A DNA stretch of 64,000 bases from Macrostomum lignano (GCA_002269645.1 NIVC01002254.1:1-64000), one strand, 5' to 3'. Numbered from the stretch's first letter, positions 1 to 12,889 are shown. The notes: generated by a model from the letters alone, not told the origin. Translations and numbers: made by a program.

Positions 1-436
1 AAACTAATTATCTTCCTGTTTCATTTCGTTCAAAGTAAATTAAAGCAACAAATTTATTTCTAAGGATGCTCTTAAATGGGTCAAAGAATTTTGACTTTGC
101 GTCTGTCTCTCGCGCCACGCCACCTGGGTTCGATTCCTTAATTTTGCGGGTCGCGTTCATTTGGGCAGCTGTGTGCACGAAAATTAGTGCTGAGCGTACA
201 TGTGTCTTGTGATTCACAGCCAGTATATTAAGGACAGCCCCCAAAGCATAGCGAGTGTGCATGCATAATGATTAGAAAGTCAGGGCCGCTGTACACCCAG
301 TGTGAGCGTGTGTACGAGGTGTTTGCCTGCGTACGTATTAAAGCGCTTGCATGTGCTCGGAGTCAGCGGAATGTTCAGAAATGGGACGATGTCACTGACG
401 ACGTTGCGCCACGGGGTGCCCTTGTGCAATTATTCG

Positions 437-1188
437 AATATAGCTTTTTGCAGCCCATTTGGGCTTACGCGCATCGAATTTAATCCAAGATACGTTTGCC
501 AATGTAACAGAGCTTTTGTTTATGGTAGCAAGGCTGGCACAGCGGCATTTAATTTGGTCCAAGAAGCATCAATTTGGTCATTTAGTTCATTTGCAGCTCA
601 GTCCAGAATTGTGGACCATATGCTAGGCGTTGAACGAATGTCATTGGCTTTGTGATCGAAGCACTCGACGGAGGTGAACACCCAAAGGACATTGCAAGGT
701 TGCTGAGTGTAAAAGAAAAGGTGGTTTACAGCATCCAGCAGCGCGTTGAAACTCTGCCGGCAGAGATTGCCTGCGAAAGGTGGCAATCGCCAAGGAAAGT
801 TGCTCGAGAGCCTCAGGTCCAACTGCTACTCGATGCAGTGGAGACGAACCCTTTGTTGACGTTTCAGAAAATGCAGCATAAGTTGAGGGAACAGCTCCAG
901 TTGGCTATCAGATTTCGACTATCAGCAGAGCTCTGGAAAAGCAACTGAAAACTTTTGGTAGAGACGCTGACATTCCAGCGGTGCGCAACAACCTGCAGAC
1001 GGTTGAGAGAAGGCAAGAGTTTGTCCAATGGCTCACGAGTGTTTGGACCAAATTGATGCTTTTTGGACCAAATTAAATGCCGCTGCGCCAGCCTTGCTAC
1101 CATAGACAAAAGCTCCGTTACATTGGCAAACGTATCTTGGATTAAATTCAATGCGCGTAAGCCCAAATGGGCTGCAAAATGCTATATT
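437..1188 (+). mobile_element. Non-autonomous Tc1/IS630-like DNA transposon derivative (element A) with ~143-bp terminal inverted repeats
   Basis: 437-579 is the reverse complement of 1046-1188 (few mismatches); ends read TATAGCTTTTTGCAG...CTGCAAAATGCTATA, consistent with a TA target duplication; encloses an HTH ORF but no DDE domain. Confidence 0.8.
652..948 (+). pseudogene. Truncated transposase, N-terminal helix-turn-helix DNA-binding region only
   Basis: ALDGGEHPKDIARLLSVKEKVVYSIQQR fits the Tc1/IS630 HTH pattern (IAxxLxVxxxTVxxI), followed by PRKV...LLDAVETNPLLT typical of the second HTH; lies between the TIRs of element A. Confidence 0.65.
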
Positions 1189-1859
1189 AATATACCTTTT
1201 TGCGATCTAGTTTGCCAAAACTGCAATCAATTCTGCCCGCGGTCTATGCCAAGTCTGCTCAGTCATGACCAGAGTTTCAGCCACAGACAACTCTGAAAAC
1301 TGCAATCAATTTTGCCAAAACTGCGACCTAGTTTGCCCATAGCATGAGAAAACACTGCACAGACATACATAGCAAGATCAAAGAATGGCCCAGCGTGGAC
1401 CTTATAACAGGATTTCAGTGAATGACCGGCAGCGATTGATTCAAGCATATCAGGATAGAGAGGACTGGCAAGATTTCGGTAGGCTGTTGGGCATCTCACG
1501 AAGAACCGTGACTTACATAGTTGGACAATTCAACGAAACCGGTCGTATAGAGCCTCTGCCTCGCGGAGGTGCCAAGCAGAGGTCCCTTAACAATGCTATG
1601 ATTGAGAGCATTTGTGCCTACGTCTACCATTATAAACTCGCTGTTTATTGTTCACTACAGTCGTCACACAGTTTAAAAATCTTGTATGGGCAAACTAGGT
1701 CGCAGTTTTGGCTTGCAGTTTTCAAAGAGTTGTCTGTGGCTGAAACTCTGGTCATGACTGAGCAGACTTGGCATAGACAGCAAAATTATAAGTGATATTT
1801 TTCCGCGGTCAAAATTGATTGCAGTTTTGGCAAACTAGATCGCAAAAAGGTATATTAAT
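1186..1859 (+). mobile_element. Non-autonomous Tc1/IS630-like DNA transposon derivative (element B) with ~155-bp terminal inverted repeats
   Basis: 1186-1341 matches the reverse complement of 1685-1859 (with indels); ends TATACCTTTTTGCGATC...GATCGCAAAAAGGTATA; encloses an HTH ORF. Confidence 0.8.
1385..1795 (+). pseudogene. Truncated Tc1/IS630-type transposase (paired-like HTH)
   Basis: RISVNDRQRLIQAY...GRLLGISRRTVTYIVGQFNETGRIEPLPRGG is a typical paired-like Tc1 HTH with the GG linker; the ORF then runs into the right TIR with no catalytic DDE/D domain. Confidence 0.75.
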
Positions 1860-2589
1860 GCTAACCTAACCTACATCGTCTGTAGTGAGAGGTTGACAAT
1901 TCTTCGTTATTGGATCTACGTATGAATTTTTGCTAGCCCAAAATGTTTATCTACAAGACAATCACACATAAATGGTTTAAGTTTTGCCTGATTGGCACGC
2001 TTGATGAAGCAAAATCCGACGCGTTTAAAGAAGCCAGAAAAATATGAAGCTTCCACTTGAAGGCGTGAGCTTCCCTGCAGTGATTTTTTTAAAACTCGCG
2101 TCAGTCAAACCAGAAGGATGATTGACCGTTCTAAAAGCATCCGGGTTGGTTGGGTTGGTTGGCTTAGGTAAAAAAATCGAGACGATATTCAATCGACAAC
2201 AAGTGATTCAACTCGAGGAAGTGAACCGACTGACGGCTCCTAATTTGGTGAAGATGAAGTTCTGTAATTGAAAAATAACGTTACTCGAGGCTCCGCTTGT
2301 TTAAAATACTAGAATCACCAGAAGTAGCTCCTAGAAGGGTGGGATAATTTTGTTTTGAACAATACTTTAAAAGCTTAAGATGCTTATGGGCTTGTGGGGA
2401 GTATGGAGTCATGTGCAAATGAACAACTAAAGTAGAAAGACGCTACGCCTTACGGTTGCGCTGCAATATGCGTTACGAGACAGGAAGTTTTCAGTATTTT
2501 TTCTTGTAATAAATTTAGAATATTACCCTATTTTTACTACACCCTATTTTTACTACCTATTACATTTACATAAAGTACTAGATGCTTCT

Positions 2590-4549
2590 AACAGCTTACG
2601 CTTGCGGTCGACTCGGACCTTCGGTAGACTCGGACTCAGACCTTCGCGGCTGTCTGGAGGTCGCTAGCTGGAGGGACGCTAGCTTGGTGGTCCTGTTCTT
2701 GCTCTGCATCGATGGCTCATAAGTCGACGGTGCCTTCTGTGACGACTCTTCTACGGCTGCAACTGTTTGCGCTGGACAGTCATCCGGCTTGAGAACCTGG
2801 ACAGAGCATCGGCAACGATGTTTACGCAGCCACGAATATAGACGTCATCGGTGACATACTCGGAGAGATTGGCTGCCACTGTGGAAGGCCTGAACTAGGG
2901 GCTTGTGGTCCGTCAAGACCTTTACCAATCAATGAACTAAATAACCGTTACCTTGCGTCCTTCGATAAGGCTCCTACGTCGTAAAGTGCAGCTCTATGTC
3001 GAAGGTTCAAAGGTTCGAAACTTCTGCTGGGCTGCGGATAGCTTCTTGCTGAACAAGCCTTTAGGCGTCGACTCTTCACTCTAATTTTGATGGAGAGCTG
3101 CGCCAACGCTGGCTGGCTGAAGCATCCCTGATGAGGCCGTACGAGTAGGAGTTTGGATCTGAATGTTGCAGTAAAAGGCTTGTCCACTTGTTTCTTGTCC
3201 ACTGCGTCCAATCCCATCTGTAGGATCGCGGTGACTGTACATGTAGTTCTCTAGTGACGAGATTCTGAAGAGAAGTCACGATTTCTGACGAACTGCGAAT
3301 AAAGCGGCGGTATAAACAGATGACACCAAAGCGCAGAGCATTGGAGTAGGCCACTCACAACGATTTCAACCTGATGACGAAGCCAATGAAGGCATACTCA
3401 CTCAGCGGTGCTGACTGGTAGGTGCTGGCTGGTGATGAGGTGATGCCTGTTGTTGTACTTAACTTTCTCGGCTGGAGTTAGACGACCACCCTCTAAATAG
3501 GAAAATATGTCCTTGAAGTGGTTGATGAGCCATTAAACACGCGCGTCGCAGTTTTCAGGGTACCTAAAGAGACTGCGAATGTGTGGAGCTGCAGGCTGGT
3601 GGCAATTAGGGTCTGTGTATGCAGCTTCGTCTCTGGGTCTACCAGTTTGGAGAGCTTTGTGAAGGTACTTTGGTAGGGTGATAAATACGGCAGCTCCCGT
3701 GTCGACGAGAAAGGATGGAGCTTGGTTGCTAAATCTGAGGTCTAACCACTAGAAAGGCTTGCCCACCGCGATTTCGCCTCTGGTACTGCTCAACGCTGCG
3801 ATTTGGGCAGCACTGTCCAGTTTCCCGAAGTTATCTGGTTGTGTCGCACTGGTGAACTCGACCGCGACTGAGCTAGGGTCGTCTTGTTCTAGAGCATGCG
3901 GGAAGGTAACCAGAGACGACTTCGGAAAAGGTCACTAGCGACGGCAGGTGTGGGCCTGTAGCCCAAAAAGATGTCCGCACGGCAACTGACTTGACATTGA
4001 TCCGGTCAGAAAAGAGTCACACCGCCACGGCTGGGCTTCCAAGTGGTGATTGAGTCGTCACTGAGTCTTGTTGGAATATAGGCTACCGTCTTGGGTTCCA
4101 TTTTGAGTCAGCGATTCAGGCGATTGAGGGTGGGCGTTTGTTTCTGGAAACCCGATAAGTGTATGCAGAATTCACTGGGTAGACAAGAGTATTAGAGTGG
4201 CTTTTATCATGTCGGGTAGCTGGTGGTTTGAATTCCGCCATAAGACGCTGGAGGAAAATTGACGATTTATCTCCTCCCAGGTCTCTGGTTGCTGGCTGGC
4301 TCTTCTGCGCCATACTGCAGACACTGGCCTTCAGTGATGCGTAGTTGGCTAGGATCTCGGCCGTCAAGAGGACCGAGGTGATGTCTTCCGGAAGGTTGGC
4401 CACGAGGTGATGGTACTTGATCTCCTAGGACGTGATGTGAGCCAACTTTATTTGTTATGTGATTAGTTGCTTTCAAAAATGAATAAAGTTTTTTTGCAGA
4501 CAGCGGTCTTGGGTGCTTTATATTTACCAGTATATATAATTTAATCACA
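2590..4549 (-). mobile_element. Degenerate Ty3/Gypsy LTR retrotransposon (gag, protease, RT/RNase H remnants)
   Basis: Minus strand: protease FLVDTGAA (~3700), RT/RNase H junction FGVICLYRRFIRSSSEIVTSL (~3330), RNase H VLTDHKPLVQAF (~2905) and NIVADALSR (~2810); gag-like ORF 4116-4403; LTR-like block starting TG at 4549 with AATAAA then TGG at ~4443. Many stops/frameshifts; no matching second LTR seen. Confidence 0.85.
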
Positions 4550-5256
4550 CTTTCTGGAATCCGGAATGTCGGGAAGAATTTTCTAGAATCAGTGAGCGCA
4601 AATTCAAACTGCTGATGCTTACGACAAAGTTTGCGCTCTTACATTTAAAATTTAAACTTACATTTTCTTTAAAAATCATATATAACCATACGATACGGAA
4701 GTTTGTGGAAAGGTCACTCACTTCACGAGAAAAAGTCTAGAACAGAGAAACTAAAAAAATAGTTGTATCGTCTAAACGGATTTGGACAAAAATTGTTTCG
4801 CCAGAGACAAATACTTCACTTAAGTACACTTTTTAGACTAGATAAAGATGCGTTTGAAATTTGAAATTCTGAAAGAAGGCGAGGTACTGTAGATTTAGTG
4901 CAATTAAACACAGAATGCTTCCATAAAAACTATTTAGCTGTTTTGTTGAAACAGGTAAAAAGCAGGAATGTTTTTTTAATGATTTTCCATGAGCCTTGAA
5001 ATTAATTTCCAGAAACCATATAAAAATTCTCTAGTTCCTTGTAAAAACAAATCTAACGGAACTTATTTAGTAGGCCCAAAACTTACAAATGGTTGGATCA
5101 AGATAGACCAATCAGAGATCAGCTGAGGCCACACCCTGAAGCCTAATAAATTTGAGCACTCTCCAGCCTACTCAAAGACTGCTCTAGTTTTGAAGAATTG
5201 AGCAGCATCCATCGAACAAGAAACCAAGGAATTTAAAACAATATAGCAACTACAGA

Positions 5257-5550
5257 ATGAGTTCTCAACGCATTTTAAACTGTGCTCTGCTAATTTTATC
5301 TTGCAGCTTTCTGCTGATGAGTTCGCAGCCCGATCTGATTGCGGCTACTCCCATCGAACTTAACGAAGAGGTCGTTGGTTCGAATCCCGACCAGACTGTG
5401 GACAATATTAGCAACGAGGAACGACGCGAACTGTCAGTGTTGTGCGTTGAGTTGGGTTGCGTCTGGAACGAGATGCGAACTGCCTGCAGCTGCCGCTCCT
5501 CTGTCAGCCGGAAGCGGTCGCCGCCCAGGAAGCCGCCAGGGATTTGGTGA
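5257..5550 (+). CDS. Secreted cysteine-rich prepropeptide (neuropeptide- or toxin-like precursor), 97 aa
   Basis: Hydrophobic N-terminus (ILNCALLILSCSFLLM), acidic pro-region ending in RR, 4-Cys peptide ELSVLCVELGCVWNEMRTACSCRSSVS, RKR site, then SPPRKPPGIW-stop; GC-rich ORF in AT-rich surroundings; AATAAA at ~5648. Confidence 0.8.
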   Translation: MSSQRILNCALLILSCSFLLMSSQPDLIAATPIELNEEVVGSNPDQTVDNISNEERRELSVLCVELGCVWNEMRTACSCRSSVSRKRSPPRKPPGIW

Positions 5551-7849
5551 TGCGGAATAATAATTAAAAGCTAACAATGGAAAAACAGAATCCTCCCTTA
5601 TTAACTCTGTGCGATTGCGAATTTTATTTTACAGCTGAAAATTTATGAATAAAAATATAACAAAATTTAAGAACTGTTTGGTTTTTCGACAGAGTTAATT
5701 ATAGAAATTAAGTTAATATCAGCATGCATGACTATTACCTTCTATTACTTTTCTATTGTAACTGCTAGTGGCTTTTTAGCTATGATTAGTTTGCTTTGAC
5801 AACGCTTTGCGCTGGAAATTGCTGTTCAATTATCTCTTTTGTTCGTGGCTAATTTTGACTGTGCTGTGAGAGTGAAGTGGCTCTCGACACGCAATGCCTG
5901 CTGAGCGTACAAGAGATTTTCAAACTTAGCAATTTAGTAGAGGTCAATCAGGCTCTTGAGCCAAAATATCAATCGCGTATCGGAGCTACCGGTATAGTGA
6001 CAATAACGATGAGTCATATAGGGTGTGTTTAGCTTTTGGCTTTAGCTTTTGGCACGCAAAATACCAGAAAAAATCTAATTTAGCGTCTCATAAAATTCAA
6101 ATTAAAAGAAATTAATAAAAGTATTCTAAATTTGTTAGCAACAAATTAAATTTGAGTCGTGAGTTGTACTTTCTAAAGACTTTTTTCTAAGAAACATGCT
6201 TTACATAGCATACAGGCAATCATCTGCATGTATTGTAAAAATTATTCTATATATCGTGCAGGCTGAACGATTTATCACACTTTAGGCGCACATCAAGTAC
6301 AGAGCAAGGCGCACATGTAGAATAAGCGAATGCGTTCAAGAGTTCGTAAATATCTTGGACGAAGTTATATAAGCTTAAAAATCACTTGCAACACTTGGAC
6401 GAGAGTGCTTTGCAGTAGCCATGTTTGAACACAACTCCCGAGGGATCATTTGGAAATCTTAGATATCAAATTATAAATGCGAATCAATGCATCGAGTCAG
6501 TTTGATAGGTTTTCTAATTTTCTTAAGCTGATTGCCTTCCTATTTAAATGAAGAGGAGTATAACTAGCTACATGTAATTGCATACAGATGCATCAAGTGC
6601 GTCATGCAAATTGAACTGTTACAGCAGAAGTTCGGATCTTATACGAAACAGGCTAGGGCAGGTTTGATGTGGATTTCTTCGCCTGATAATTTAATATTCT
6701 TTATTTGAAAATAAATTTAAGACACGACGGTATGGTAAGTGGGGCAGATTAAGTATTTATCTTAACAGGCACTTTCTGTGAATGCAGCTCAACACAGATG
6801 AATTTCAAGATAACGATGTTAACTTTTAATTTCCGGGAAAAACCATCTCGCGTTATAAAACGTTAAAAAATGGTGTAAATTAGTTACCTAGTATGCTTGT
6901 TAAAATATATTCGTCTAAATATAAATGTTATCGGCACTTGCATTTTGTACACGTTAGTCTACATGTAAGTGTGCATGTATTTATGATAAACAGAGTAAAG
7001 ATGCAGTCATATTCTATGTGTATTACGAGTACACAATCTTAAATATAAGCATCTGAGAAACTTGCAAAAAGCACACAGCGTCAGCGAACTGATGCGTATT
7101 CTCTGTAGCGGTTCCAGTCGTCCTAAACTCATCACGATAATTAAATGTAATTTGAATCAGTTCCAACTGAGTAATTATCGTAGATCAAACCAGTTAAACA
7201 TATTAAAAATTCTAGCTTCAAAAATAGTAACTTTTTCTAACCGAAATTTCAGCACCAGCTTTTTTTAAAAAGAATAAGTTCGCTTGTAATTATAGCTTTA
7301 CATCTTCTTTAAACTAAGCAGTCAACAATTTCACAGTAATTTCAACTTTCACATCCCCATCCGATTTTTCGATAATTTTAGAAATTTGTTTTCAGAATTT
7401 TGTTGATCTTTTGTGACATTTTCAGCAGTGTATAGGTCTAATCTAATGAATGGAAAAACTTGTCAGGTAGACAAACTTAAATAAATTTGTGATTGTCCTT
7501 TTTGAGAGATAAATCTAGTGTGCAATGGATTCTGTGCTATAGTATAGTGTTACTGTGTTAGTAGGCCAGGCTAGGCCTGAATCGAATGCCTAATACAGTG
7601 CTATAAAACAGTTTTAGTTCTATTGGCCCCTAAAAATATTTATTTGTTGAAAATAAATTACATTAACTGTTTTGAAGTAAACACAGATGATTGATTAGGT
7701 GGATTTTTTGAACTGAATAATATTTTAGGGGTAATTAGACTATTAGGTTCTAGAATTTGTGACTTAGTCTTAGGTGGTCCCAAAGATCAGGAATAATTTT
7801 AGGCCTAGCCTACCTGAACTTCAACAGATGCTATATGCCTTTATTGAAT

Positions 7850-8260
7850 ATGAAATTTTTGCTTGAAATTTTCTGAAAATTTTGCTTTGAAATTTTTGCT
7901 TGAGAAAATTGTATCTCCATAATGCTTTTAGCCATAGGTGTTATAAAATTTAGTTGTTGTTAAATCAGAAGCAAAATCCATTTTAGCTATTATGTTATTT
8001 AGCCTTTAGGGTTTGTGAAATTTAGCACTTGTGAAATTTTGTACATGCCTTTCAAGGCATTGTGAAATTTAGGGCTTGAGAAAGATTGTAGGCCTATTTC
8101 CATAGAGCTTTTATTTTAGGTGTTATTAAATTTAGCCTTAGGGCTTGTGAAATTTAGGTGTTATGAAATCTGCTGCATTGCTTTTTGATTTTGTGAAGTT
8201 TATTGTTTAAAAAATGTAGGTTTTATAAAAGGTTCTGCTTTCAATGCAATGAAAATTAGG
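7850..8260 (+). repeat. Degenerate copy of the 16-bp GTGAAGTTTAGGTCTT minisatellite family
   Basis: Repeated GTGAAATTTAG(G)-like motifs (e.g. gggcttgtgaaatttaggtgttatgaaat) related to the array at 13640-14160. Confidence 0.55.
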
Positions 8261-9761
8261 GTTTGTATAATGACCCCCTTGGCCTATCTGTTGCAATGCA
8301 ATTCCACAAAGGTTTTGCTTATATCTATATTGACCTACTAAAGATGGTCTCTGACTGTTTTTACCCTGGCTGCCTCTCTGGTAGCTTGTCTTAGGGTTGT
8401 GCACAATCCGATTGGCCTGGCTTTGGCCAGGCCTAGCCCAATTTTCTAAGGGTCCACCCCGGAGGGGCTATGCCCATTCTAAAAATAACCCTACTTTTCG
8501 TTCCAATTATTTTGGCCCTCGGCCTTGGTTTAGGGGGGTGTACCTAGAGTGAGTGCGCACTCTGGACTGCAGTGTGGCTAGAATGGGACTTGAGCCCCCG
8601 GTCGTACCTACCCTGCAAGAAAGAATGACCATTCACAAAGGTGTACAGTAGACTAGTAGAGCCTAGTTGATTCCAGCCCTGAGACTGTGCCCCGGGAAGC
8701 AGTTAGCCTGCTAGGTTGCGTTCAGGTGCTCCTCCTTTCTGCCATTCTTTTTTTCTGGGCTGGTATCCCAGCACTGTTTTATCCCCCTGTTTTTATCTGC
8801 CCATTAGATGCCTCCAATCTTTGGAGTTATAAGCTCTGCCCTCCCTGCCCGGTCTATCCTGCACTGTCCTTGGTCCATCTGCTGGCTCCTCTGGTTGTTT
8901 CCCTGCCTAAGTGTCTCTGGCTCTCATCCTGACAGTAGATTGGTGTCCTGGGTTGGAGTTCGTCCCAAATCGGGGATACTGGCTGAGTCCGGGTCCTCTT
9001 GCTCCTTGTGCCCCTTCCCAACCCCTTGGCCTGGCCTCCAATATTGAGCTGGATAGGTGATACCCTTGGGTTTGTAGCCAGTAGACCATCTTCCTGCCTG
9101 GAGTCTCACCCTTGGAAACAAGCCTTCCAGACTTGCTCTAATAATTAAAGCCATTTCCATAGACTTCGGGGTTTCCCCACTCTCGGACCACTTTTAGTAG
9201 TAACCCAAGCTTTTTTTGCTAATTCCAATTTTTTCTGCACACTCCCAAGGACTTGTCTGCTGGTGGTGGCCTGGGTGGACTTGATCCTAGCACCGTCCCT
9301 GATTCCACTCTTTGGGTTGGTGGTGTCTTGTACCATAGGTTTGGGCTAGTAGCACCAAAATTTCCCCTGGCCTAGACATCGGGCCCAAGCATGTGGGTAT
9401 CTTGGGCTTTGGCCCCTGGCAGTGCCCCTCAGCAGCAGAGCCCCCTTTTGGGCTGATCTGTGGGTAGCCCCCGGCTTCCCACCCTCGTTTAACAACAACA
9501 TATAGACCTACTTTAGTTTTATTGGCAACTTTTTTGAGCATGGTCACTATATATAGACAAATTTGATTGAATAGTATGAATTGAATCTTGATGCACCAAA
9601 TTTACAAATATTGCTTAATATTATTAACCATTACTTAAACAAGTCTATATCAAAATGAATAATTTTTCTCCATTTATTTTGACCTCTCTCATTTCTTCAT
9701 TGTGGATTTTTATAATGCTTATTAAATATTTGCTACTGTTTAGCTTACTATAATAATTGAT

Positions 9762-10063
9762 AAATAATAATAATTGATTACACCTGCCCAATGGGCAGAT
9801 GTGCAACCGACAGCTCAGCCGCAGCTATTGCGCGGCGCATCTGAAGGCTGCGTACGGCTGTTCAGTCCAAGGACTGGGGGGTCGCCACACACACCCTCAA
9901 TTACCCCAGCTAATGCTGGTACCCATTTTACAGCTGGGTAAACTGAAGCAACGCAGAGTTAAGTATCTTGCTCAAGGACACAAATTGTTGCAGAGGGATC
10001 GGGAATCGAACCCCTGACCTTCAAGTCGTGAGTCCGACGCCCTAACCACTAGGCTACAACCCC
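9762..10063 (-). mobile_element. tRNA-derived CORE-like SINE, copy 1
   Basis: Minus strand: A box TAGCCTAGTGGTTAGG, B box GGTTCGATTCCC, central TGTGTCCTTGAGCAAGATACTTAACTC...CTGTAAAATGGG resembling the CORE/MIR domain, 3' stem-loop and (ATT)n tail; close homologs at 22260 and 31950. Confidence 0.9.
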
Positions 10064-10161
10064 AGCTTACTACAGCTTTTACAGCTTACTATAAAATGTG
10101 TTAATATTTTTGTTTTTCATGCTGACTTTATTTGAACTTTTAAACAAAGTATCCCAACGTA

Positions 10162-12889
10162 ATGGCTGGCATAGGAGATGAAAATCCATTGAATTCTGAC
10201 ATTAATTTGGTTCATTGTGAATCCCAATTATCACAAGTAAGTAGCAAATTTCTTTGGTTAGTTGAACTTCCAACATTGTAATATACTAATATATATTAAT
10301 TTACTATCTCATAAATATTTCTATATCGAAGTAAAACTTATTTATCAATTTAATGTATTAGCTTCAGCTTAAATACAATCTCATTTAACCAGGAACCTGC
10401 AACTGCATCAACACCAAAACTGGATGCTGTGAGCCAGTCTCTTTTGGATTTGGAGTTCAACCAAACAGGGGAGTCTATAGGTTTCAATGTGAGTTTATAT
10501 TTTTTTATATAAATGTAAGCTTATTTTCTTAGGTAAATCAATGCAAAACATTTTTAAAACTAACATTTTTCTAACTTTATATATTACAGTTTCTCTACAT
10601 AAGGTAATATTATTTTCAAAGCAACTTGTATGCCTGAATTAATTTCAGCTATGTAATCATTTTGTTTAAGTTTGATTGTTTTTATGTCTACCTAAATCTT
10701 AGTTTCAGTCACTGCGAAATAAAAAAGCTTGAATTAAAAAAGCATGACCTGTTAGTAAGCTTGTAAAATATTGTTTTTGGAAATCAATTATTCAAATTTA
10801 CATGATTTTTCAATGTTTCACATTTGCCGGACAACTTTTGCTATACAATTCACTCAGATTTATTAAAATGTATCAAATCTTTATGGATCAAAATATCTAT
10901 TTTATTTCTTTTTCATGCATAATTTCTGTGTGGCAATGCTACTATTTAGTAGTATGCATGCTTGTGTAGATTAGACAAATGCCAAATGCTAATGAGTTTA
11001 CAAGTTTTCAGATGTCACCAGCACCCATTCATTTTTACATTGAGAAAACTTTGTCCCCACCTCATTCACATGGTTTTGCCATCTCATTCACATGGTGTCG
11101 CCATCTCATTCACATGGTGTCGCCATCTCATTCACAATCACATGGTGTCACCACCTCATTCACAATCACATGGTGTCGCCATCTCATTCATATGGTGTCG
11201 CCATCTCATTCACAATCACATGGTGTCACCACCTCATTCACAATCACATGGTGTCACCACCTCATTCACAATCACATGGTGTCGCCATCTCATTCACAAT
11301 CACATGGTGTCACCACCTCATTCACAATCACATGGTGTCGCCATCTCATTCACATGGTGTCGCCATCTCATTCACATGGTGTCGCCACCTCATTCACATG
11401 GTGTCGCCACCTCATTCACAATCACATGGTGTCACCACCTCATTCACAATCACATGGTGTCACCACCTCATTCACATTCACATGGTGTCACCACCTCATT
11501 CACAATCACATGGTGTCGCCATCTCATTCATATGGTGTCGCCACCTCATTCACAATCACATGGTGTCACCACCTCATTCACAATCACATGGTGTCGCCAT
11601 CTCATTCACATGGTGTCGCCACCTCATTCATATGGTGTCACCACCTCATTCACAATCACATGGTGTCGCCATCTCATTCACATGGTGTCGCCATCTCATT
11701 CACATGGTGTCGCCACCTCATTCACATGGTGTCGCCACCTCATTCACAATCACATGGTGTCACCACCTCATTCACAATCGCATGGTGTCACCACCTCATT
11801 CACAATCACATGGTGTCGCCATCTCATTCATATGGTGTCGCCATCTCATTCACATGGTGTCGCCACCTCATTCATATGGTGTCACCACCTCATTCACAAT
11901 CACATGGTGTCGCCATCTCATTCATATGGTGTCGCCACCTCATTCACAATCACATGGTGTCACCACCTCATTCACAATCAACATGGTGTCACCACCTCAT
12001 TCACAATCACATGGTGTCGCCATCTCATTCACAATCACATGGTGTCGCCATCTCATTCATATGGTGTCGCCACCTCATTCACAATCACATGGTGTCACCA
12101 CCTCATTCACAATCACATGGTGTCACCACCTCATTCACAATCACATGGTGTCGCCATCTCATTCATATGGTGTCGCCATCTCATTCACATGGTGTCGCCA
12201 CCTCATTCATATGGTGTCACCACCTCATTCACAATCACATGGTGTCGCCATCTCATTCATATGGTGTCGCCACCTCATTCACAATCACATGGTGTCACCA
12301 CCTCATTCACAATCAACATGGTGTCACCACCTCATTCACAATCACATGGTGTCGCCATCTCATTCACAATCACATGGTGTCACCACCTCATTCACAATCA
12401 CATGGTGTCGCCATCTCATTCACAATCACATGGTGTCACCACCTCATTCACAATCACATGGTGTCGCCATCTCATTCACATGGTGTCGCCATCTCATTCA
12501 CATGGTGTCGCCATCTCATTCACATGGTGTCGCCACCTCATTCACAATCACATGGTGTCACCACCTCATTCACAATCACATGGTGTCACCACCTCATTCA
12601 CAATCACATGGTGTCACCACCTCATTCACAATCACATGGTGTCACCACCTCATTCACAATCACATGGTGTCACCACCTCATTCACAATCACATGGTGTCA
12701 CCACCTCATTCACAATCACATGGTGTCGCCATCTCATTCACATGGTGTCGCCATCTCATTCACATGGTGTCGCCATCTCATTCACATGGTGTCCCCATCT
12801 CATTCACATGGTGTCACCACCTCATTCACAATCACATGGTGTCCCCATCTCATTCACATGGTGTCGCCATCTCATTCACAATCACATGA
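10162..12889 (+). CDS. Putative five-exon gene (~718 aa) whose last exon translates the His/Ser/Cys/Trp-rich minisatellite
   Basis: Exons 10162-10236, 10393-10488, 10590-10603, 10703-10754, 10970-12889; all introns GT-AG (GTAAGT, GTGAGT, GTAATA, GTAAGC), phases 0,0,2,0 give one open frame that joins ORF 10979-12889. No recognisable domain. Confidence 0.5.

Noticed and set aside
9990-10063. tRNA genes at the SINE heads (also 22265 and 32200)
   Set aside because: A and B boxes are present but run directly into the SINE body; no complete acceptor stem.
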